From assembly GCA_048939465.1 (NCBI GenBank), contig JBHLPL010000064.1:1-10986 (forward strand): a stretch of 10,986 nt of DNA, read 5' to 3'. Positions 1 through 6,185 of this stretch are shown here, piece after piece (position 1 is the first letter of the stretch; every line of letters begins with the position of its first letter). A model generated the notes under the pieces. The model was not told where the DNA came from. It did not search any database and saw only the letters and a program-made list of their open reading frames with translations. The stretch is from Promethearchaeota archaeon. GTDB taxonomy: Archaea > Asgardarchaeota > Odinarchaeia > Odinarchaeales > JBHLKK01. The translations under genes and the position numbers were made by a program.

Positions 1-39
1 AAGGAACCAATAGCCTTTTGATCTGAGGGCAGACTTCAT

Positions 40-678
40 TCAGAAAAGAATCGAGTTTTTGAGCAAATTCAATGTTCCAATCTTTGTGGGGTTTACATTG
101 TGGTGCAAACTGCCCTCTGGATGGGGGCTGAACAGTATGACTTTTCCTTTGCCGAAATTTGAGAGCAAAATTGCCCCCTCGGCCGTTTCATACACCGCGA
201 GAACTTCAACACCGGGGCCTGCCTTCATCAAAGGACCATTTTGATAATAGATTCTAATAGAACCATAATATCCGCTGACTATCGGATGTTCTGGTTTCAC
301 TATCTTGATTTTTCTTATACCTCTTCCTTTTGCTCTCTTGATTTCAACGTCGATTATGTCAAGTCCGGTTTGAACCTCGTTAAATTCTGATGGTAATATA
401 ACTAGCTTTGGGGCAATATAAGCTCCTGAACATATACCTATGAATTTCCCCCCTTGAGCAACGAAACTTCGTATCCTCTTTCGTCCAAGGTTTCCCAGAC
501 TAGGCATATACAGCCAGGTATAACCCCCTGGAACAACAAGTATGTCATGCCCCAGAAGTTTGCCCTCCTGGATATCTTTTTCGTTGACTTCCTGATGTGT
601 GACTGTTAGTCTTTCTAAAGCAATCCTGACATCAGGAGCGGTTTTGACACCTGTTCCGGCAAATACTGCAACCTTCAA
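40..678 (-). CDS. Stand-alone BPL_N-type class I glutamine amidotransferase-like protein
   Basis: 212 aa ORF, TTG start with SD-like AGGTGA 6 nt upstream (685-690, minus strand). Motifs VVPGG, GICSGAY (nucleophile-elbow Cys) and SPHPE (His-x-Glu) match the GATase1-like biotin-protein-ligase N-terminal family. No ligase catalytic domain is present. Confidence 0.8.
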   Translation of the reverse strand: MKVAVFAGTGVKTAPDVRIALERLTVTHQEVNEKDIQEGKLLGHDILVVPGGYTWLYMPSLGNLGRKRIRSFVAQGGKFIGICSGAYIAPKLVILPSEFNEVQTGLDIIDVEIKRAKGRGIRKIKIVKPEHPIVSGYYGSIRIYYQNGPLMKAGPGVEVLAVYETAEGAILLSNFGKGKVILFSPHPEGSLHHNVNPTKIGTLNLLKNSILF

Positions 679-797
679 TCGATTTCACCTGTCACTTCGC
701 GATGCTACCAATAGTTGATAGACGGAATATGTTTTAACTCTTATCAAATAGATTTAAAACGTTCAAGACCATAATCTTTCAAAGGTATTCGAGAAGA

Positions 798-1928
798 ATG
801 GCTCTTCGCCAGGAGACTCATCGAGGGAGAGAATTGGTCTCAAAAAAAGAACATAAGAAATATATGAAAAAAGCATATGGCGCTGAGCAAAAGGCTTTCA
901 AAGCTTGGGATAAATCAAAGTATAAGGAAGCCGCTGATTTCTTTAAGGAAGCCGCTGATCTCTTTGAAAAAGCCATAGACGGGGCTCCTTCCGTCGGAAA
1001 GAAAAAGATGGCTGTTACCAACACGTACGTTGAAAGATGCAATTACTACTGGGTTTACGGGTTGAAGTATTACTTTGAAGATGAGGACCACGAAAAAGCA
1101 GCACAAAACTTCAAGAAGGCCATTCAGGTCAAGCAGAAGATGTTCAGGGTTGAAAAGTACAAGAAAGGACAAGATAAGCCGGATCCTTGGCTGGTTCGCC
1201 AACAAGCTTCGCTTCGTGAACTTTATGCTCTTTTTTATCTATCTTCAGCGATTTTGGCAGAAAAAGGAAAGAAGATTGAGAAAGCAGCCGAGCTTTTTGA
1301 GAACGCTGCCAGGAGTTATTTAAGACAAGCAACCTTGTACGAGCAAATTGGTAAACCACTACACGGTTCCAGAATCCACGCTTATAGCGCGTATCTCCGG
1401 ACCGGTGAGTGCTACAGAAGAATGAAGCAACTGAAAAAGGCTCTGAACTACTATATGATGATAATAGAAGCCTATGAAAATGCCTCTGGTGCGCTTAAGA
1501 AGCGTCTCAAGACGGTTGTAGCATTAACACACGGCGAGCTGGGAGAGTACCATAAAACACAGGGCAATCTTGGAAAGGCCATTGAAGAATATCAGAAATT
1601 CTTCAATTGGGCCAAAAAAATTAAGCTAGACCAAGAGCAAGCCGACGAAGTCACAAGATCTATCTGTATCTTTGCTGCCATACAGGTAAAGCAAGACAGA
1701 CCCAACGAAGCCCAAAAGATTGTCAAGGCTTTTAAGGGACAAGGTGTAGGAAAGGACGTTAAACCTTTCACGGAACATAACTGGTATAAGCTTGCTGTTC
1801 TAATCGCCGAGTTTGGAATGAAAGAAGACGACGAAGTGCTCCGAGAAGCCAAACTGGCTTACAATTCAATGGAGGACAAAAAAAAGGATCCATTTGTTTC
1901 GTCCTTTTTCGAAGAGTTTTCCAAATGA
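798..1928 (+). CDS. TPR/helical-repeat protein, SNAP (Sec17)-like
   Basis: 376 aa, Ala/Lys/Glu/Tyr-rich. TPR-like helix pairs (EAADLFEKA, KAAQNFKKAI, KAAELFENAA, TGECYRRMKQLKKALNYY, LGEYHKTQGNLGKAIEEYQK). The C-terminal ~55 aa resembles the alpha-SNAP C-terminal bundle by eye. TPR call is firm; SNAP relationship is tentative. Confidence 0.75.
   Translation: MALRQETHRGRELVSKKEHKKYMKKAYGAEQKAFKAWDKSKYKEAADFFKEAADLFEKAIDGAPSVGKKKMAVTNTYVERCNYYWVYGLKYYFEDEDHEKAAQNFKKAIQVKQKMFRVEKYKKGQDKPDPWLVRQQASLRELYALFYLSSAILAEKGKKIEKAAELFENAARSYLRQATLYEQIGKPLHGSRIHAYSAYLRTGECYRRMKQLKKALNYYMMIIEAYENASGALKKRLKTVVALTHGELGEYHKTQGNLGKAIEEYQKFFNWAKKIKLDQEQADEVTRSICIFAAIQVKQDRPNEAQKIVKAFKGQGVGKDVKPFTEHNWYKLAVLIAEFGMKEDDEVLREAKLAYNSMEDKKKDPFVSSFFEEFSK
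923..964 (+). repeat. In-frame 21-bp tandem duplication (2 copies, 1 mismatch)
   Basis: TAAGGAAGCCGCTGATTTCTT (923-943) followed directly by TAAGGAAGCCGCTGATCTCTT (944-964), encoding KEAADFF-KEAADLF. Confidence 0.9.
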
Positions 1929-2085
1929 GTAAAGAGCACTTCTTCAAACCACTGCCAAAATCGAAGAGTGAATCTGCTTTAGCTGGAACGGACTGTTTGG
2001 CAATAGACAATGTGAAACTTATTATATTACTTTATTTTATATCTGCTATGAAAAAAGAACCTATCAGGATCTTGGATAGTTTTAG

Positions 2086-2802
2086 GTGAAGCAATTGAAG
2101 ATTCTCGTAACCGGTCCGACGAGGGCTGGAAAGAGCACAATCGTCAGCGCTTTGACCCGTGGAAAGAGTGTAAGTATCGACAAGCATGGGACAACAGTTG
2201 CACTGGATCATGGAGTTATTGAAGTTCGAGGAATAAAGATGTATCTTTTTGGCACACCAGGGTTAGAGCATTTCTCAGCGTTGCGAAAAATCTTGGCAAC
2301 AGGGGCTGACGGAATACTTTTCATGGTTGATAGTAGTGAAAAGAAGAATGATTCTCTGGCTAAACGTATATGGAGAGAGATAAGCATTCTAGCACCCACA
2401 ATACCGTGTATTGCTGTGGCAAACAAGCAAGATTCGCCTAAGGCTCGAAAACCAGATGAGCTCCGCCGCGATCTAAACTTTCTTGTAGGTGTTCCGGTGA
2501 TTCCCGTGAGTGCTGCTAAGGGCACGAACCTAAGAACACTGATGGGTGCTCTGCTCCTTCTGATTGTAATGGAATGGAGTCCGTTGCTCAGAAAAGTCGA
2601 TTCACGTAGCGGCTCTGCCAGAGGTCTGGAGCTTTTTGCCGAGGACCTGCAAGTGAAATTGGATAAAGCTAAAAACTATCTTAGGTGGCTTGAGTTTAGG
2701 GAACTAATCAAGGTTGACTGGAACAAGAATGTCTTTTACTTAAAGAAAGAGCTCAAGGATATGTTGGATACACCTAGTTCGGCACTTACCGCTCATCGCT
2801 AA
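2086..2802 (+). CDS. Small Ras-superfamily GTPase (MglA/CvnD-like, COG2229 type) with C-terminal putative winged-helix extension
   Basis: G1 GPTRAGKST, G2 TTVALD, G3 FGTPGL, G4 NKQD, G5 SAA. About 75 extra C-terminal residues follow. True start may be TTG at 2095 (MKILVTG), because AGGTGA at 2084-2089 fits as its SD. Confidence 0.9.
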   Translation: MKQLKILVTGPTRAGKSTIVSALTRGKSVSIDKHGTTVALDHGVIEVRGIKMYLFGTPGLEHFSALRKILATGADGILFMVDSSEKKNDSLAKRIWREISILAPTIPCIAVANKQDSPKARKPDELRRDLNFLVGVPVIPVSAAKGTNLRTLMGALLLLIVMEWSPLLRKVDSRSGSARGLELFAEDLQVKLDKAKNYLRWLEFRELIKVDWNKNVFYLKKELKDMLDTPSSALTAHR

Positions 2803-2875
2803 ATTGCTAGTGTTGTCCTGTGAAGATATAATCAGTATGGAAGAAAGATCGGAAACATCAAGAATAAATAAGGCT

Positions 2876-3133
2876 TTATCTCTCGAATATTTTTTCAATA
2901 TCTAAACAGACTGTTGTTTCTGCATCTATAATTCCTGGCATACTTCTTATCTTGATAGCTAATTGAACGCCTTCCTTCAGAGTACCCGCTTCGTGTATGA
3001 TAACGATGTCATGAGCGCCGATTGTTAAATAAACTCCCTCCACTCCTGGAAGTTCAGGTATTTTATGCGCCATTGCCAGATAAGCCTCATGTTCTCGTTT
3101 TGCTTCTATATCTGCAAAGGTTATGAATTTCAC
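2876..3133 (-). CDS. Stand-alone Lrp/AsnC ligand-binding (RAM) domain protein
   Basis: 85 aa with the beta-alpha-beta-beta-alpha-beta pattern and motifs IPELPGVEGVYLTIGAHDIVI and IRSMPGIIDAETTV; no N-terminal HTH. GTG start with GAGGTGA SD 6 nt upstream (3140-3146, minus strand). Confidence 0.85.
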   Translation of the reverse strand: MKFITFADIEAKREHEAYLAMAHKIPELPGVEGVYLTIGAHDIVIIHEAGTLKEGVQLAIKIRSMPGIIDAETTVCLDIEKIFER

Positions 3134-3202
3134 TAGCCTTCACCTCTAAACGCAATTGATTTAAAACTCTATATATAGAACGATAGTAATTATAAATACT
3201 AT
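3134..3202. promoter_or_regulatory. Compact divergent promoter region (Lrp-like gene / acdA)
   Basis: 69-bp gap with three TATA-like elements: TTTAAA 3160-3165, palindrome TCTATATATAGA 3168-3179 and TTATAAAT 3190-3197. Spacings to the two starts are compatible with archaeal TATA boxes. Not experimentally located. Confidence 0.5.
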
Positions 3203-4627
3203 TTGAGGCGAAGAATCGTGAAGACGCTCAATAAGGATTTTGTTAAAAGAACCTATGCCCAGATTAAGTCCATAATTCAGCCAGAGTCAATTGCGATAAT
3301 TGGGGCGTCAAACAAGATCAATACAATAAATGGCATAATAACAAGAAACGCCCTTACGGGGGGCTATCTTGGAAGGATTTACTTGGTTAATCCGAACACA
3401 AATAACATATTCGGAAGAACAGTGTATCCCACTATCAAAGAAATCCCTGATAAGATCGATCTGGCCGAAATTGTCGTTCCTGCGCGTATTGTCCCGAAGA
3501 TTATGAATGAGGCGGCGGAAAAAGGAGTCAAGGGGGTAGTTATCGTATCGTCAGGATTTGCTGAGGTGGGGAACAACAGACTTCAGGATGAGATTCTGAA
3601 AATAGCAAGAGAAGGCAATGTGCGGATCATTGGCCCAAACTGCTTTGGATTGATTAACACGGAATCTGAATTGGACATCACCTTCACATTTTCAAAAGCA
3701 ATCAAGGGTTCTATAGCATTTATCTCTCAGAGTGGAGCCATTTGTAGCGGAACCTTGGATTGGGCTTCTAGAGAGGAACTGGGATTCTCCAAATTCGTAA
3801 ACCTTGGGAATAAATCTGATGTCGATGAGGCCGATTTGCTGCTCTACCTGGCCAAAGATAAACAAACAAAGGTAGTAACTTTATACATGGAAGGAATCAA
3901 AGAAGGCCGAAAACTCTTCAATGTTGCAAAGGAAGTGACCAAGGATAAGCCCGTAGTTGCCATAAAATCGGGAGTGAGTGATGTTGGTGCAAGAGCAGCC
4001 CTTTCCCATACTGCGTCAATTGCTAGCTCGGACGAAATAGTTGAAGCTGCATTCAATCAGGCAGGCATTATAAGAGTCCATGATCTCGAAGAATTGTTTG
4101 ATCTTGCAGTCGCGTTTGCTTATCAGAAACCGGCCAAGGGCAAGAATGTTGCACTAGTCTCGAATACCGGTGGACTGGCCGTAATAACTGCTGATTGGTG
4201 TAGGAAAATCGGATTAGATATTCCTGTTTTTAGGGACGAAACCGTAGAAAGACTGAAAGAGGTCTTGTTACCAATTGCCTCTCCATTCAATCCTGTTGAT
4301 ATGACAGGGACAGCTGACTACGATGTCTATCGACATGTACTTGAGTGTGCTTTTCGTGAAGAGAATATCGATTGTGTTATTGCCATCTTTGCCTCTCAAG
4401 GCGTAATAACTGCGGATGAACCTGCCAAAGCTGTCGTTGATGTTTCCAAACGGCATAACAAGCCCGCTTTGGCCTTCTGGATGGGTGGTTCAAGCATAGT
4501 GGAGGCTTTGGAAATCTTCAAGGAGAACCAGATTCCTGTATACTCCTCACCCAAAAGAGTTGCCAAGGCTGCATATTTCTTGTCAAGATATGGCATCTAC
4601 AAGGAAAATCTGCATAACTGTGATTGA
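3203..4627 (+). CDS. acdA: Acetate/acyl-CoA ligase (ADP-forming), alpha subunit
   Basis: CoA-binding SIAIIGAS and YLVNP, RIIGPNCFG, AFISQSGA, VNLGNKSDVDE, phospho-His segment ALSHTASIAS, SNTGG and NPVDMTG. No fused ATP-grasp (beta) domain. Likely true start is GTG 3218 (GAGGCGA SD-like element 6 nt upstream). Substrate range cannot be read from sequence. Confidence 0.9.
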   Translation: MRRRIVKTLNKDFVKRTYAQIKSIIQPESIAIIGASNKINTINGIITRNALTGGYLGRIYLVNPNTNNIFGRTVYPTIKEIPDKIDLAEIVVPARIVPKIMNEAAEKGVKGVVIVSSGFAEVGNNRLQDEILKIAREGNVRIIGPNCFGLINTESELDITFTFSKAIKGSIAFISQSGAICSGTLDWASREELGFSKFVNLGNKSDVDEADLLLYLAKDKQTKVVTLYMEGIKEGRKLFNVAKEVTKDKPVVAIKSGVSDVGARAALSHTASIASSDEIVEAAFNQAGIIRVHDLEELFDLAVAFAYQKPAKGKNVALVSNTGGLAVITADWCRKIGLDIPVFRDETVERLKEVLLPIASPFNPVDMTGTADYDVYRHVLECAFREENIDCVIAIFASQGVITADEPAKAVVDVSKRHNKPALAFWMGGSSIVEALEIFKENQIPVYSSPKRVAKAAYFLSRYGIYKENLHNCD

Positions 4628-4759
4628 TTCACACAGCATCTTCGAAAAACGGATTGCAGAAACGAAAGACTAAATTATATTTATTAAGGAAATAATAAAT
4701 AAAATGAAAGACCATTCTCCAAAAGAGTATGCCGGGCGGGTGGTCTAGGTGGTTATGAC

Positions 4760-4779
4760 ATCCTCAAAAGAGACATAAG
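4760..4779 (+). other. tRNA-Val intron 1, position 25/26 (20 nt)
   Basis: 4-bp central helix TATG (4754-4757)/CATA (4774-4777) with 3-nt bulges AC^A and AG^A; short inner stem. Outer exon helix is weak (relaxed BHB). Boundaries could slide by 1 nt on sequence alone; BHB geometry favours these. Confidence 0.8.
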
Positions 4780-4799
4780 ACCGCGCTTACAACGCGGAG

Positions 4800-4826
4800 A
4801 TTTGACAACAGAATGTCAGACCGGAA
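4800..4826 (+). other. tRNA-Val intron 2, position 45/46 (27 nt)
   Basis: 5' bulge AG^A, 7-bp inner hairpin TTTGACA/TGTCAGA, central helix GCGG/CCGG (3 of 4 pairs), 3' bulge AA^G. Excision restores AGGTC. Confidence 0.75.
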
Positions 4827-4910
4827 GTCCGGAGTTCAAATCTCCGCCCGCCCACCACCTCCTTGAAAAGCAATCGTGTGTTCTATCCTTTATGCTAGGG
4901 GCTGAAGAAG

Positions 4911-5582
4911 TTGAATTGGGAGAAAGCATCTGAAAACGTAAAAAGTGAATCTCCTAGAGTAGGCAGAATCAAGCAACTTAGCGGGATAGATCCTAAACTG
5001 ACCTTTAACATTTGCTATTGGGCAGCAAATTCGATTAGAAGTAAGTGCGTTGAACTCTCCGAGACCGAAAATCCATATTCGGGAAATGCAACACTTCTTA
5101 GGTCAGAAGAGGATGATAAGATTGTCGCTAGTGTGAGCGTCAGTGAAGAATCAAAGACAGTTGGTGTTAATGTTTGGTGCACAAACCCGGAATATCTTGA
5201 ACCGACCTTGAATGATATCGAGGACTTGATAGAAGAAAGTCTGGATAATGCTAGAAATCTGAGTGATGAGAAACAAGACCTCGTACTCCGCCTAATCGAT
5301 ATTGAAAAGGAATTAGATGCTGGTCTAAGATCGATTCTTTCTGGTGGGAATATGCGCAGCGTATACTTCTCCTTGGCAGACAGTCGGGAAACCTTATATA
5401 AACTGCTGGGCCCTGATCACTTCGATCCAATTCTCTTATCCATGGGTCGGCTGTTGGAAACGCTCTATGGCTATGATGATAAACAGACTCTCGACAAAGA
5501 AGGCCAAGGAAGAATCGCTCTGAATGTGTTGAGATGGAAAAAGCGAATAGATGAATTGATAAAACAGAATCTCGCTTCCTGA
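4911..5582 (+). CDS. Hypothetical protein (alpha/beta N-terminal half, helical C-terminal half)
   Basis: 223 aa ORF, TTG start, globular-protein-like composition, fills the gap between tRNA-Val and the next gene. No family recognised with confidence. Confidence 0.75.
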   Translation: MNWEKASENVKSESPRVGRIKQLSGIDPKLTFNICYWAANSIRSKCVELSETENPYSGNATLLRSEEDDKIVASVSVSEESKTVGVNVWCTNPEYLEPTLNDIEDLIEESLDNARNLSDEKQDLVLRLIDIEKELDAGLRSILSGGNMRSVYFSLADSRETLYKLLGPDHFDPILLSMGRLLETLYGYDDKQTLDKEGQGRIALNVLRWKKRIDELIKQNLAS

Positions 5583-5644
5583 TTATCAGAGAATTTAATA
5601 GGCAATTGAGGATTATGGTTGTGTTCTGATTGGAGGTCAGGTAG

Positions 5645-5863
5645 ATGGGCAAGATCAAAAAGGGGATAAACTGCAGTGTGGAATCATGCAACGAGAATGC
5701 AGTTCGTTCCTTGTCTCCTGAATTAGTCAAGAAGGCTAACCTGCGAATAGATATTGGAAAATCCACCAGAGTATACGTGTGTATGACTCATTACAAGGAA
5801 ATCAAAAAAGTGATGAGAAAGGAAAAGCAAAAGGAAAAATGGAGACATGGAACACCTTTCTAA
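5645..5863 (+). CDS. Small basic C2CH zinc-finger protein (archaeal conserved hypothetical)
   Basis: 72 aa, ATG with GGAGGT SD 7 nt upstream (5632-5637). C10-x4-C15-x30-C46-x2-H49 plus Lys/Arg-rich C-terminal helix. Resembles small conserved hypotheticals I recall from TACK archaea (unverified). Confidence 0.8.
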   Translation: MGKIKKGINCSVESCNENAVRSLSPELVKKANLRIDIGKSTRVYVCMTHYKEIKKVMRKEKQKEKWRHGTPF

Positions 5864-5896
5864 TTCCACGCAAAACTATGAGGACTCTTGATGTTT

Positions 5897-5947
5897 GATA
5901 GCTTGTCATGATGTGATTGCGTTGAAACCAAGCGCCGATAGCTTGTC
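5897..5947 (+). repeat. 11-bp exact direct repeat, 40-bp period
   Basis: GATAGCTTGTC at 5897-5907 and 5937-5947 in the intergenic gap before ileS. Confidence 0.7.
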
Positions 5948-6156
5948 TGTATTCCAAAAGAACGAAGAAAAAAGATAAATGCTATTGAAAGGCTTTTATG
6001 AAGTGCGAAAAGCTTAAAAATGAGGCTATTATATGGAAATTTGCAGGGTGACAGTGTTGGCGAGGGATAGAGAAATTCAGAGCTAAATGTCTGAAAAGCC
6101 TCCTTTTGGTAGTTCACCTTCCATCTTACGAAATACTTTGTCTGCTGAGCCCTGAT

Positions 6157-6177
6157 TATTTAAGATTAAAAGGCGAT
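6157..6177 (+). promoter_or_regulatory. Putative TATA box / SD-like element of ileS
   Basis: TATTTAAG at 6157-6164 (-29 to -22 from the ATG) and AGGCGAT at 6171-6177. Confidence 0.35.
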
Positions 6178-6185
6178 GTATCCCC

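Larger units (their letters stand above)
4734..4857 (+). tRNA. tRNA-Val(UAC) with two non-canonical introns (25/26 and 45/46), CCA encoded
   Basis: Acceptor GGGCGGG/CCCGCCC + A + CCA; D-arm GTCTAGGTGGTTATGAC; anticodon arm CCGCG-CTTACAA-CGCGG (TAC at 4788-4790); T-arm CGGAG-TTCAAAT-CTCCG. Removing 4760-4779 and 4800-4826 gives a normal 77-nt cloverleaf with variable loop AGGTC. Confidence 0.93.

Noticed and set aside
1937-2002. Imperfect inverted repeats between the TPR and GTPase genes (CACTTCTTC/GAAGAGTG; TGCCAAA/TTTGGCA)
   Set aside because: Short, mutually overlapping in span, with long loops; no recognisable RNA family.
5251-5766. 171-aa minus-strand ORF and the other short ORFs nested in or antisense to called genes
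   Set aside because: They overlap better-supported CDSs, lack motifs and look like shadow frames.
5860-6117. 85-aa minus-strand ORF in the gap before ileS
   Set aside because: Ser/Phe/Leu-rich composition typical of non-coding or antisense frames, no motif, and its start would crowd the ileS promoter. Not fully excluded.
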